A stretch of 64,000 nucleotides of DNA from Mizuhopecten yessoensis (GCF_002113885.1 NW_018404085.1:155761-219760), one strand, 5' to 3'; shown: positions 49,733-64,000, numbered from the stretch's first letter. Made by a program: numbers and translations. The notes: generated by a model not told the origin, from the sequence alone.

Positions 49733-52700
49733 ATGGCCGACATGGGGAACTTTTGGGAAGGTACGCACTTATGTCACAAAGTTAATTTTGATTCCTACAC
49801 TATGACGACTCTCCATGGATATATCAATGTGTCTATACCATTTTAACGGGTTTATGTTCATGTTTATAGCAAAATAACATATTTTTTTCAACGTTAAACT
49901 AAACAAAAACACATTTATCACTTCACCGATATCATTGACGGACGAGATTTGACGCATTGAAAACAAAACTACGACACATTTCTTAATAGGTTGTTAGTGT
50001 CACGTATTATATAATCTTTAGCTATTGCCAATGAATATCAGTATAAGTCAAATATATATTGAAACATCCATTTGAGGTAATGATTATTAGTATATTTGTA
50101 TTGATATCGATTTTGTGAATAGTTGTCAAGGATTATAACGACATCTGTCACATTTATGATTGTGGCAGGCCCAATGCTACATTGTACATTTGATCAGCTA
50201 GGGGGTTATATCCTTTATCCCACCAGGTAAAGTGAAGGACCGATAAACCAGGGATCGCTGGTTCGATTCCTGGTGGAATCCTGTTACAAGAGGATGTATG
50301 AAGTGTCCATATTAAAGTTAATATCTTGTGATATCTATATATCAAACACATCATCCTGTTACCATCTTCAGAGAAAGTTTATTTCATTTAGTTTTTAACA
50401 TGAAATCACATTGGATACAACAGATTCAGGTCTTTTTGCCCTAAATCCTGTTTCACCCTAAGTCAAGTTCGCCTAATGTTTGAGGATAATTGTGTTGTCA
50501 GAAGAATTTCATGTGTACAGTGTGTAGATCTTGTTGATGATGTAAGGGTCTAACAAGCTTAAGTCTAATGATGATGTAAGGGTCTAACAAGCTTAAGTCT
50601 AATGACCAAAAAAGACTGAGGAAGGCTAACATTTTTTTTAATGAGATTGTAGTAACCATACTAAACAGGCCGGAAAAAGTTACTCTGATTAAAATAATAT
50701 TAGAGCAAAACAGCCTAGCACAAGGTTACCTATAGGGCGACCAGGATTTAGAGTGAATTGACCTGATACAGGATACACCAAATTGATGCTATACAGTAAT
50801 TGAAGCACGTGTGACCAGTTTCAAGGTAGAAATTGCCAAAGTGTGCTTCACATTGTTTGCCATCAGTGTTTAACCTTTTATTTCATCTTGGCAATCTGTT
50901 TGCAGTCACTTTACAATGATTCTGTTTTATCATCATTAAACGATGTCATTATATGCCCAGGGCCTGCCTATTTACAGCGCATGATGTATAATGTGATACC
51001 ATTACTGTCCAAACTTTTTCATAAAAGTATTCTACTTTTTGACAACTGTGTGTTTTACATGAGGTGTACTTACATTTGCTAGGAATAGTCCAGGAAATTC
51101 ATAATATTGATATCGGTGCTTATAGAATAGCCATACCATCCAAAACACATGACAGCTATATATCTTTTGGTAAGCAGAGCTAGACACCACAGAATTTGAA
51201 TTGCGACTTACAAAATCAGATGGAAAATTAACATTTTTCATTAATGTGTTTTCTTTTTAATCCAAATATTGACAAAAGGAAACAGTAAAACAAGTTATTT
51301 TCTTAAGACTTTTAAGTAAGGATCAACTCCCAGTGGATCTTTCCCTCAATAAACAGCAGAATAACCATATTAATCCAGCATAATAATGCCAGCATTTAAA
51401 AGAGAGCTATTATGTTTTGATATTCTGTTTATGGAATTTCGCCACTCTAAATTAATTGACATTATCCCTCCTCATTCACCCCAAACTTTCTAAAAAAACT
51501 CAATATCAAGAACAACAACACCCCCACTCCCCAGCAAGCACAACTGGAAATATTGTTAAAAATCTTACCTCTTCTATGATAAATCAGTATGTTCCATTTC
51601 CACCGGTCAGATAGTTATTGCCACCAATTTCAAAATGCTGCTGCTGAATAGGTGCCATTATTTAGACATACCCGACATGTACAGTAAGGCACAATATTGA
51701 TTACACTAAAGCTTTAAGAATGAGGTGTGTTTAATATGATGTATAATACAAATAGTTACATCATTGTACGCATGTTACAGGTTTGTGATTTCTGTTTTCT
51801 TTGCAGATCTTCGTAAACAGGCTCGGCAGTTGGAAAATGAAATTGATTTGAAGTTGGTCTCATTCAGCAAGCTAGGGACAAACTACTCCGCTCACAATGA
51901 ATTTGGAAGGTAACTCAATTAATCACTTAATTTCATAAATATAATATATGATGTCAACATTTTAAAGTTTATTCTTAGAAAAACACATCTGTTTTGTTTA
52001 ACAAACTGCAAGCTAGAGAAAAAATAATGGCTTAAGTTTGGTCAGTTCCTATTATTATAGAAGTTTAAAGCAAACAGGTTTTATGATTTTCTAGTTGTTT
52101 TGTATCTCATATTGAAAAGTATTACATATACAACACATATGAAGAAATTGTATCAAGTTGTGAGCTATCTCTCCAACCAGGTGATTACTATTCTAAAATT
52201 GTACTAATTAAACCTCTGGCAATGAAGTTAGGGGAGGTAGCCAGGATGTATACTGGATCAGCGTGCAGCTTGTACAACAATAATTTGTATACCAGTATAT
52301 GTATTATTGGTATATCTGTAGGTGCATACCTAACATTTATGATTTCATTTTAATAAAAAAATTCTAGTCACTTCAAGCCCTGTCTGGACAAAGTTTCTTA
52401 AAATAATGTGAAAAATTACACTGAAACTTTCTGGTAGTGATACATAGAGGAATATATATATACATTTAATTTACATGTATATCAAGAGGCAGATTTTTTA
52501 AATTTCGGTATTCAAGATGGCATCTGATTGACTGAGACAGTAAAAACTGTTTCAACTGTTTTGAACTATTGTCGATTTGAGGCTATTTTCAATATTATTG
52601 AGCAAATCATGAATTTCAGACTTTTGGTTTTGGTCTGACAATATATGCAGTATGTTACATTGGATGATGGAAAAAAACCTTTTAGTCTAAAAAGTTAAAT

Positions 52701-55700
52701 GTTTCACATAGTCCTAGTTGAATTCAGGAAATAATAGTTAGGTAATATGTTACTGCAGTAATAAGGTTTATGTATATCTTTGCATGTATAATAACCACAA
52801 TTTTCTCCTTATAAAATGTACGTTATATTTTTGTGACAGTTTGTATCAATATTTTGTTGAGAGGTTTTTTGTTTACAAATTATTCTATTAATATACCCGG
52901 TAAACTTTTGCGGCCTGTTGGTATATTTTAACTTTGGCTTGTTCAGTTGTTAATATATTCTCTTAACTAATATGTATTAATCACAGTACAACTTCAACCT
53001 CAGAAACTCAACCACGAAAACCACGGAAGTAAATACACAGTGACTGTTTCATGTTATACAGTACATGTACCAACTGTTAAATAAACGATTGGTTAATTAG
53101 TTCAATCTTCTTTGCAATTAAATTATACGTGATGATATTGTTGTTTCCTTTAATTCAACTTGCTGAAAAATTTAGCAGTTGTGTACAATTTGAATACTGT
53201 AAAAGCATATATTTTCGTTGGGGTTAAATTTCATTGTTTTTGTATGAGGACAAATTGGTTTGGATAAAATATATTTCGGAATCGATATTTTAAAACCCTC
53301 TATTTTTCTGGAAAGTAATAAGTTTAAATTGACAGACGTGACGACAGTGCAGGTACAATATGTAAATATAATACAAGTAAGATCGGGTGAGATTTACTCA
53401 CTCAATGGGTATTGGTCAAATCTGTCACGTTCTATAGCTTATATACAAAGAGTGTTGTACACATAATGTACATTACCTTGTCAGTAGTTCTTACGATGCT
53501 GACGTTACCTGTGTAACAATAACTGTGTTACAAATATAACGATTGATTGACGCGCTGTTGTTATAAGTGTTTCTGTGCCTGTGACAATAATAACAGCGTT
53601 AATCATGACTTGTGTCTAAATATAAAATATACCAGGTAAATACACCATGGATAAAATGAATACTTTATGTAATATTTTCGTTTAGTTTATATTTCATGTG
53701 TTTAAATTTCGTTGGGAATGTAATTGATAAATCCACGAAATAAAGGAATGCTTTTACAGTAGTCAGAATTTGAGAGAAAGTAACTTTGATAAGTTTTTAA
53801 TATTTGGTATGAAAATAAAAGTTGAAAGCTCGATAGATTAATTATGGTAAACAAATGAGTTCTTAAAGGAAAATGAAAAAAAGTACATGGTGCAGATAAT
53901 AGATAGGCACATTTTTTATTTGTTGTTTAACAAGCGTGCCTGGTGACGGAACACAGAGTCAGAGGTAGGACTTCTATTACAAGGAATGTCTTCAAGGTCT
54001 TTCAATGTATAGTGAGATGTCGGACCTTTATATCCCCTGCTTGCTTCCCTTCAGTTCAGTTATTATTTAAATGTCAGAATGTGGTGTTGGAAACTATTAA
54101 AGAATAGAGAAGATATGAAAAGAGGTGAAGTAGTAAGAAAATCGATAAAGAAAATTTGAATTAAAAAAATATATAGAAAAGATAACACGGTGTCCCATTG
54201 AAGTTCTTTCAATTTCCCTTCATGACCAGTTACACACTGACTTGACTGGCACAATTTGACTGTGCAATAGGTGTTTCAAAGAATTTTGATTGGTAATCAT
54301 CTTTGCTAGGGATTAATCATTTTCGCACTGCAAACAGTAGTGCAACTGATTGTTTGTTAAACTGGGATGGTATTTGTCAAAGATAGATTAAAAAAAGCAA
54401 TCAATATTTGATAAAAGGCAATGTCGTAAGAATTTCCATCAAAGGTCATTTGTAAAATTACAAAAATCACTTGAAAAAAGGATCCCTGTCCAACTGCAGA
54501 TAAAACATTAGAGAATTCCACTTTAACTTTCGTACGTACAGTGACCTCCCCTTAATTTTGACTTTGATAGAACTGTAGCATGAGTGAGCCAGGGTACTAC
54601 CAGGTGAATAACTATTTATCACAATTGGTTAGAGAGTTAGATTGATTAGATTAGAATGTTCAGAGCTTTGAGTTTCGAGTCTGGCCCTATTATATTTTTA
54701 CACTCAGAATGATCAGAGCGTTGGGGTTCGAGTCTGGCCCTATTATATTTTTACACTCAGAATGATCAGAGCGTTGGGGTTCGAGTCTGGCCCTATTATA
54801 TTTTTACACTCAGAATGATCAGAGCTTTGAGTTTCAAATCTGCCCCTGTTATGTTTTTACACTCAAAATTATCAGAGCGTTGGGGTTCGAGTCTGCCCCT
54901 GTTATATTTTTACACTCAGAAGGATCAGAGCGTTGGGGTTCGAGTCTGCCCCTGTTATATTTTTACGCTCAGAATGCTATTGGTGATAATTGTTTGTATA
55001 TTTAATCTTTATTATTTATCCACTAAAATTACAAAAATATGTTGCATTTTTTTTCCCAGAAATTATTTATCAAAGCTATAGCCATATCGGAAAAATGGTT
55101 TCAAATGAAAAGTTAAATTTTTTGGCAGTGGAACAGGGATCCTTATACACACCAGCAAACACTTACCTGCAGTCACTACACAACCTTATATCCGCGGCTG
55201 CTCATATCTGTATCAGCTTAAATCCCTAAATTAATCAGTCGTCGACAAATTATTAAGTTTAAATTCTGATAAATATCAAGAAATTTACAAATATTCTTGA
55301 ACTTATTGTCTTCAGGTAATTGTTTTGAATTCCTGTGTACATATTTTTAATGTTTAATTTCAATCTTTTTAAAAGTATACAAGATTTAAATTTAGAGTTG
55401 TTATTCTGATCAGGCCCTAGACAAGCTAATTAGGCAGCCTTAAAGTAAAACAGGTAGATCTTTATCATAACACATTAGTATTCAAGTCATACTAAAATAC
55501 ACTCATTTTTTTCATTTGAATATATATGTTGCAGACACTGAATGCATAATAGTTGTGTTCATCCACTACATCAGCACTCCAGTGTAGTTTGGTGTAACAC
55601 CATTAAACACCATACTTACTCAAAAATATATTTTAAAAATTTCGCTTTTTATTTTGCAACAATTGTGAAACAAGTCTGTCAATTAATCATGCTCCTTTGC

Positions 55701-58700
55701 CCAATGGAAACTAACCGGGGTCTTAGTATGTAAGGAAATCGGAGAAGCCAGAGAAACTCCATTAATATTACGTAATAGATATCAGTGTATTGTGCATTTA
55801 GTCTGTATATAAAGGCTAATGAAATAGAGAACAGTCATTTAAACACCATGAATCATGTTTTGGTTGTCTCCCTTGGGTGGTCTTTACAGAAAGGGTATAG
55901 ACAGATTATTTGATCCAAAGTAAGAGTGCAGATTAGTGTGATTACAAACTGTTCCAATATATGTGAACCATGATTAAACATAGCAATCTTAATAATATGT
56001 GTTATAATAATATAAAAATATGTTTGAACATCGTAAAAAAAGTCAGTTTTCTTCATTTGTGACAATTAGACAAACTTTGATTTTGTCTTTGGTCTGCATG
56101 TATGGTTTGGTGCATGTTTTGGGTACACGTATCAGTAGATTTGAAATCAAGCTCTGTAGATGCAAATTGAATCAATGATATACTTTTTCAGTCATTGAAT
56201 TATTTTAAACTGATGTATTTTTTACAACATGTGAATGTGATGTACAATTTAATCTATTCCGTTGCATGTATGGTTTGAAGGGCAAAATAACCTCATGATA
56301 AGCTTTTGCTTGAAATAGAGCTTTGATGCTGCAAACAACTGATCAATTCACCTTTTCAAAAAAAAAACCCAGGGAAAAACATCTCAATTTCACAAAAATA
56401 GAATCTTGTACCGCTACCAATAAGTAACTTTGATCAGATCAGAATATGTAATGTGTGGTCCAGCCTGGTGCCAACAACAATCCAGAGGTGGGTTTCTGAT
56501 GGTTTTGGTGTTACATGTACTACATACACTACTGTAATTTCTGGCAATAGGCCCATGCTTGGTTATAAGCCCACCAATACATATTGTAATTAGAATGAAC
56601 TGCCCTCCAACACATATTGTAATTAGAATGAACTGCCAACCAGATATTTGTCATTGTCCTTTAATAAGCCCACCCCCCTACTTTCAGTCAGAGATTATGT
56701 GTTGGCCCCCTGGGCTTATTGCAGGATAAATATGGTAAGTCTTAGTGACAATCACAGTCATGCAGTTTTTTGCATGTCTTCAGAAATAAAAGAGATAAAT
56801 ACCATCAACACATTTCGTTGTGTTTTGATCTGCTTCAAAATCTCATCCCAACAGACTGTAAGCAAACCAAAGGCACATGCTTTCTTTGTGTGGTATAGGA
56901 TTAGTCTATTTTCAAATCAAGGGTCTGCTACTATTTCCTTGCCTTACATGTATAGTCGATGTAAACATCTAAAACCATACCGTTTATGTTTTCCATTTAA
57001 ATGATGAATGCTAGTTTGACAATGCAGCAGCATATATATTGGGTCAAAATTAAGTCTTAGATTATATTTATTGTTTTAACTCTTATCTGAAGATGTTTCA
57101 ATCACTGGTATTATCAGGTATTTATGGAAAGTTCATAACTTTTTTTGTTCTTGGAAAAACAGCCATAATGCTTGATATCATTTAAATACAGAAGATATGC
57201 TAAAAATCAGCTGGAAAACATCTCTAAAACAAAATGTTGTATGACTTATTTGTTTTAACCACTAGTGACTCTTGGTTCAAGATATTTAACATTCTTTAAT
57301 TAAAAACTAATTTAATGCTGGTTTTATGAAGAAAAACATCTTGATTCTATACACAGCAATATGCTCTTAAAAAGTGGATATTTTTCTCTGACAGAACTGG
57401 GGCATCTTAGGCCTTACATTGTTATATTGGAATGAAATACATTATGCAGTCATGATATTAGTAAAATTGCAAACTTTATTTGTGTTCCAACTTGGTTTCA
57501 GTGAATCTGCACCTCTCATCAATAAAACAAGTAGTGAACATATGTTTGAAACCATGGCAATGGAAATTGAACAGCTGGTATCCAAGGTAAGGAAAATAAC
57601 AGTTTACCTGTATATTGATGGTATGGCAAAGTTACCTGTATATTGATGGTATGGCAAAGTCTGTGATTGAACAAATGTGTATTTTGCATAACAATAATTT
57701 AAGATACAAAACCCCATGGCATTTATATATTCCTATGGATGTATGTTGTGGATATCCTTAAATACTGATGATAAAATAAGTTGTGCATTGTATTTACATA
57801 TTATGGTTGAATTTATAAAATTCATAAATACATATGTAACACAATATATAAACGGAATGTTACTGCTTAAATGAAACTGTAATTTGGAGGGAAACAGTCT
57901 ATTTGGACAAATGATATTTTATACCAGGAAAATTTCAGTGAGTTTTACTGTTGCCATTTTCGCCCTCCATCATTGGGTGAATTTATCATTGCAGCAAGCA
58001 TAAGTTAACAATAATGCTAATAAAATGTGAAATTAACACTTGGTGAGTACAGATTCTACTGGGCCATGGGCAAAGGTTTGATTGGCTGAAAGTTTCCGGT
58101 ATACAGAGTAATTGGAGACTGGAGTACTAGCATATAACTGATAAAATATCTGGAATCAAGTCTGATAGCATGCAAAACTGTACTGGAGCAGAGACTAGTA
58201 ACATTGGAATTCAAATTTGTTGAATTTATTTTAATAAAGACAAAATAGCATTCTTTAAAGAATAAAATACATCAAAAGAAATTGAATATCAAAGATCGTA
58301 ATAATTTGGAATTGAACATTATTCAACATCAGAAGTACAACATGAAGAATCATATAGCACCAGTTTTACCATTTTCTGATTTTAATATAATTAATGATAC
58401 AGCTCCAAGAGATCAATGACAGAATGGCCGACTACACACAGAACATCAGTATGAGTTCACCGAGTGCAGCTCTCCTCCACACGCTACAGCGACATAGAGA
58501 CATCTTACAGGACTACACACACGAGTTCCAGAAAACCAAGGCCAACATCACAGCAATACGAGAACGAGAGGACCTCATGGGTTCTGTACAAAGGGACATC
58601 AGGTACTGTAGACAGATGATCAGGAACAATGAAAATATAGACACGTTTTATTGTAGATTGTGCTGTAGAGAGATGACAAGGGACAGTTATAAAATAGAAA

Positions 58701-60887
58701 TAAATTTTTTCCAGTGACAGTGTGGGCACCTTGTTTCACCAACAATAAATATTAAAGGCTTTCTGATTGATGCGGCTGGTGTTTAAATATAATACACATT
58801 CAATGTTGAGTGCGAGTTTAGAAAATGTTCTTTGCTACAATTGTGATATAACTAAATTATCTATTGTCATATAATATCTAAGAGGAAATGCTATGCTTAT
58901 ATTTTTATCTCTATATTGGTTCAATATTTCATGGGTTTGCAAAAATAACATACAGATGCATCTCTATAATAAAACCCATTTATTTATATATAGGAACCCT
59001 ACCTGTTTAAAGTAACTCTACCAAATATAAGAGATGTAATGCCCGTTTTAAGACAAGCATATATAAGCAATATAAGTTTTGTGTTCCATAGACACAATGT
59101 AAAAACTTTTGCAAAAATAAATATGAATGCCTTTGTATATTGAATATATCTACCAGATAGCTTCCCTATTTTTCATCAAAGTGTAATTCTAAGTTGATTT
59201 TCTTTAATAAGATTCATCAGCTTGGAAACATGTGAAATCAAAGTTTCACTTTCTGCACAAACAATGTACGTATTAAACATGTCTCAACGTTTCAAGACCG
59301 ACTGGTCCCTTTGTCAAGCTTTGACTGAGTGAGCGATTTGTATTTTTTACCTCTACAACGATGTGACACAATTGTATATTTTTGATGTCACTTGACCCGG
59401 GACGTTTCGCCTATGGATAGGGAGCGTATACATACGGTGCGACATGTTTAATACGTAAATTGTTCGTGTAGACAGTAAAACTTTGATATTACATGGTGTT
59501 TTATTTGTACTAATTGGCTCCATTACTAAGGGACATTGTCATTATATATAGCCTACTACATGTATGATTTATTCTAAAGACGAGAGGGGCTAAGCAAACC
59601 TTGGAGAGATCTGATTTCTGCAATCTATATCATTTGTCTATAGTGTATGTGATACAGGTATACCATTTTGGTGCTTATGTAGACTTAACTGTTTCATAAA
59701 GTCTGTATGTACAAAATTGTTTTCTGAACAGCAGTCTAAACCATGGTGTGTAGTTACATTAGATATAAGCAATGGTCAGGTCCGGTCAGGAAAAAAACAT
59801 GGCACTAAAGGATGTGTTATCGTAATCTCATAATTATCTAACTCATTCACCCCTGGAATTTCATAATGATCTATTCCAATCTTTGAATTGGAAGAGTTCA
59901 AATGTGTCTACAGGGATGAATGAGTTATTTTCTCTCGGTTTGATAACTGGTATGATATATGCATATATATATATATATATTTACAGTGCATATAAAAATT
60001 CATCTGGTTTAAACCGAAGATCAGAACTATATCTCAAAGAGCATGACCACATACGAAAGTAAGTATGAGTTTGAATTCTAAAAATTACCAATATTCATGT
60101 TTCTTTTGTCTATTCATTGGTTTATAATTGTGTGATATAATTGAAATCTGGATGTCAGATATTCAGAGAAATATGACGGCAAAAATAAAAAAGTCAAACC
60201 TATCAACCCATCAACAAATCAAAATTATCAAAATTTATCAGGGAAACAATTCACAGATATATTATCGCATGTTTAATGGATATTTTTTTTTCTATTTTTC
60301 AGTTCGGAGAGGATGATAGATGAACAAATCAGTGTAGCAATGATGACAAAGGATAACATGGGATCACAGAAGAAAATGTTGTCGAGCATTTCACAAAGAA
60401 TGAATACAGTAGCTAGTATCCTTTGTACAAACCAGTATGATCAATTTCTGTATTAGTCCGGGTAATTTAGAGAAAATGTTTTTGTTAGTGAAATGTTACA
60501 TTTTATTCACTATCTGTATTAAACATAATTATATAACTGCATTGTGAAAATTCATGTTTTTCCCCAACTTACAATGCTGTTTGTATTACATAAGACCTTA
60601 TTTTCCTTCTGTAAATCTTTACCCTGTCTGGAAAAATTAATAAAGGTTCTGAAAATCGGACAAATGATTTGTCTACATCATAAAACACGTAAATACAGAT
60701 TTCACGGATTTGAAATTGCTCCGAAATGATACAATATTTGATGATCTTAACTCAACAATCAGATCGGTTTCCATTGATAAATTCACTGATGCAGAAGGTG
60801 AACCTGCGTAAGAGGAGAGATACGATAATCATAGCTAGTGTCATAGCTACGTGTACAATAGTTTTATTGCTGTATGCGTTTCACTGA
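49733..60887 (+). CDS. GOSR1: Golgi SNAP receptor complex member 1 (GOS28 Qb-SNARE)
   Basis: Exons 49733-49760, 51807-51909, 57502-57586, 58403-58602, 59987-60058, 60303-60415, 60763-60887. MADMGNFWEDLRKQARQLENEIDLKLVSFSKL...MFETMAMEIEQL...ALLHTLQRHRDILQDYTHEFQKTKAN...NRFPLINSLMQKVNLRKRRDTIIIASVIATCTIVLLLYAFH*; closely matches known GOSR1 and ends in a C-terminal TM anchor. Confidence 0.97.
53197..53759. mobile_element. Tc1/mariner-type MITE with TA TSD
   Basis: TA|CTGTAAAAGCAT ... ATGCTTTTACAG|TA. Confidence 0.82.
54651..54975 (+). repeat. 53-bp tandem repeat (~6 copies), each with a Pol III B-box-like GGTTCGAGTC
   Basis: Unit CAGAATGATCAGAGCGTTGGGGTTCGAGTCTGGCCCTATTATATTTTTACACT. Confidence 0.85.
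56532..56735. mobile_element. Degenerate pogo/Tc1-mariner-type MITE
   Basis: TA|CTGTAATTTCTGGCAATAGGCCC ... GGGCTTATTGCAGGATAAATATGG|TA imperfect TIRs. Confidence 0.6.
59839..59927. mobile_element. 89-bp tiny MITE
   Basis: TAACTCATTCACCCCTG ... CAGGGATGAATGAGTTA, 16/17 inverted match. Confidence 0.7.
60416..60762 (+). other. U12-type (minor spliceosome) GT-AG intron in GOSR1
   Basis: 5' site GTATCCTTT; branch site TCTTAAC about 11 nt before the exon; no polypyrimidine tract. Confidence 0.92.
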
Positions 60888-62022
60888 CGGGTTAGTTTTG
60901 TTATCACAATAATTGTAAATTCCAAGGAGGATATGTATGTGTCCCTCATTTAGTCCCTGCGGTCCTGTTATGAGGGGATTGCCAACGGGATGGACAAGAA
61001 GAGGACACAATCGTATTAATTAATTTAATGACTTTAACTATACATTTGCAGAGGTTTTATTTTTTGCTATATTCACAGCTAAAATTATATACCAAATTTG
61101 CAGAATTGTTTTCGTTCTCATAGAGAGCGAAAGGGGAGTATTGATTATTTTTTAAATTAAAACCCTACAAATAGGGTCAAAGAAAAAATCGGACCCAACA
61201 AAATAAAGCCTCATCATTAATTAATTCATTTTTTTATACTTAGCAAAATATTGGTTTAATGAAAGAAGTTACACATTGTAATCTAACAGTATAAAAATGC
61301 TCTATTTTTGTATTCAATGTTCGAATAATGGAGTAAGATCAGGCACAAAACAAAGCTAAAGTAAAACTAGTGATATATTGATCCAGGTTTGAAGTTTCCC
61401 TGGTGCTTTTAGAGTTGTCCTCTGTTTTGGGGGTCAGTATAAATGTATTGCCTGAACCGAATTACTCGGTAGCCAAGCGGTCGTAAAACCAGTCAAAGGT
61501 CAACAGGTACTGTATGGTTCTATAAAGAGATGTGAATGGGAGGGTCTTAATTGCTTTGTAACTTGTTTCATACATTAATCTTGTGTATTTTCAAAACTAT
61601 CAGAAAGTACATCAATATCTAAACTGTATATTCAAACAAATGTGTAATTCTCAGAGAATACAGTGTTATTGCTAAAAAAAATGCTGACAAAAAGTGTTTT
61701 TGAGATATGAACCACACAATCTGAATAAGTTGCACAACTCATAAAACTCATTAGTGACCATGATATATTGTATTGTGGCACTAAATTTTACTCAATTTCA
61801 TTTAACCATGACTAATAATACATATATCAATCCATTTTGTTTTGTACGATTTTCACATATTAAAGTAAAATATGTTCGGAGTAGTAAAGGAAGGGGGGCA
61901 GCAGGTCAGTTGTGAGGGGACAATGGATAGATGACTAGTATATCCTGGTGAGGATTTGGCTGTATCAAAGGTCTTTCATGTCATGTCTTGATAAAAAATG
62001 GCAGGAGACAGATAGATAGGAA

Positions 62023-62099
62023 GATAGGGGAACATGTATTGTTTGGATGTACAGAAGTACATCCCAGAAGTACATCCAAACAATACATGCTCCCCTATC
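62023..62099. repeat. Inverted repeat (30-bp arms, 1 mismatch) downstream of the GOSR1 stop
   Basis: GATAGGGGAACATGTATTGTTTGGATGTAC ... GTACATCCAAACAATACATGCTCCCCTATC. Confidence 0.88.
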
Positions 62100-64000
62100 A
62101 GTGCCAATGTTGTACGTCTACAAACTGATGGCTGGAGCCGAGTTGCAGGTGTAGGGCGTTTGATCTATGTTCCTGTATGAACAGAGACAGTGTGTGGTGT
62201 ACATTGTACCTAGTGTTTCAGTTTAAATAGTCCCCTAATTTACATTGTAAACAGAAACATGGCGCCATAGAGAAGTCCCCAAGCAGAAAGAAGAAGTATT
62301 GCTAGGACAGACGGAGCAATAAAAGATGTTATGAGGATTTGCACAAAATAGTGCTTCATTATATGTAAACGTTTTAAGTTGTGACTTGATTCTGTAACAA
62401 ATGTGTTCACAGAATTAAGGTTTTGTATGAATTGTTATATTTTTTTTGTTTCAGATATTTATGATTCATTTTTTTCCTTTATTGGTCCTATAAGCTTTGA
62501 GATTGAGGTACATAAGGTATGGCACTGAAATGCGTGAAGGCTGACCTCTGTGGTATGAAAGCATATTATTGTACAGTTTGTGAAACAACGGTGAATATAT
62601 ACTTTAGGAAAAACCATTGTTCTAGGCATACTTTCATTGTGGAAAAGTAATGCCAGTGTAATGTAATGTACATTTGTTCAAATCCATATCATTCTATAAG
62701 TTTCAGGCTTTGTGTAAAATCTATCAGTATATATGGAAGTGATTTAAGGGTGTGTGTTGTTACGGATGAAGTATGGATGATAATAGCTATTGGTACAGCA
62801 ACTCGTAAAATTCTCCAAGTCGGCCAATGTTCAGAATTCGAAAATAGAATGAAGTAAAGAAAACCGTTTTGTTACAGAAATGTTCATAAATTGTCTACTG
62901 TGAGAATTTCCTGTACTTGTGATGTGTGAGTGTGGATCCTGACTGTAAGGTATGCTCATATTGAGTTTGATTCTCTGATCAGCATTCTATGCTAAGTAAA
63001 GTGTGTTCGGAGCGGAACTGTGATTAATGTGTTTTTAACTTTTAAGTTGGAATCTTTTTATTAAAACTTTACTTGTGCAGTATTTGTATAAATTTAAGGT
63101 ATACAAATATGTATACCAAATAAGAATGTGGTATATTTCATTTTGTGTTTAACATTAAGTTACTTTGTAAACGTAGAACAGTATATTTATAATGACAGAG
63201 TAGAATGGGTGTGATTCGTGTAGCTACAGAGACAAACAGTTACTTTAGCAGTCAAAAGTCAGTTAATTACCTCTTAATTACAGTATCTCTCCAAACGCTA
63301 TATATCTTTGATAAGTTAAGTTATTATAGGAAAATGTGTTGTATTCTGATTATTTTAACCAGAACAAACGTCCGGAATAATCCAAAGTTCCACTGAAGGT
63401 TCACACCTTCATGTAAAACACTGGGCAAAATGTGGAGTACTTGACAACATTGAACAGGTGATAGACTACAATGTCTGCCATTGATAACACGACGAAAGCC
63501 GACTTCCATGCTTATATTTGTATGTTACAAAAAGGTTCAAATGTATGAAAAAAAAATAGTAAATATGTTAATATGGGTATTATGTAGGAATTTATTTGAA
63601 TATAATTAATTTGTGTATATGAACAATTCTTCGTAACATTCCCCACACATGCATGTACTAAAATCACACGAAAATTACTCTTTGTGGCACTAGGTTTCAG
63701 TAAGAGGTATACATAAATAGTTTAAAGCAGTGAGTGTGAAGCTCTATATACAGCCTTGTTATTAGCCCCTTCAACCGGTACCGGAAGGGACGAAAAATGG
63801 GCGCACAGTCCGTCGGCGTGAGCATAGTATAGCCTCTTCCATACAAATGACATTTTTGTTGTATTAAAGATCATCAGATGGTGGATTGTGGCGATCTGAA
63901 ATAGGGCCTGGTGCCCCTACTTATATAGAGATTTAGAATGATGACCTACCGTTTCAATGCGCCACTTTGTCCAGGCCTTGTACTAAATTTTGTCCGGTTT

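Overview
AT-rich, intron-containing animal genomic DNA. The repeat families and gene content point to a mollusc, probably a bivalve; this is an inference. There is no prokaryotic content and no CRISPR array. I reconstructed six protein-coding genes by hand from splice signals and frame continuity: (1) a 4-exon, 233-aa basic, S/TP-rich, KEN-box protein resembling PIMREG/FAM64A (- strand, 2374-5953) with a CHR/E2F/CCAAT cell-cycle-type promoter; (2-4) three tandem Universal Stress Protein (UspA-domain) genes (+ strand, 13008-22342, 26637-32268, 34892-42507) sharing intron phases 1,1,0; (5) a BTB-BACK-Kelch gene with an uninterrupted CDS (- strand, 43817-45832); (6) GOSR1/GOS28 (+ strand, 49733-60887, 7 coding exons), whose last intron is U12-type. 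The USP introns hold seven unrelated tandem-repeat arrays (24, 29, 52, 27, 51, 45, 31 bp). The most unusual is a 51-bp array that is a 34-fold amplification of the 3' splice site of USP2 exon 3 and stays open and in frame with that exon. Also present are LINE fragments (L1/Tx1, RTE-X, L2, CR1), tRNA-derived SINEs, several MITEs, a miniature LTR element with tRNA-like LTRs, and two long hairpins. Most long ORFs in the supplied track are repeat artefacts.
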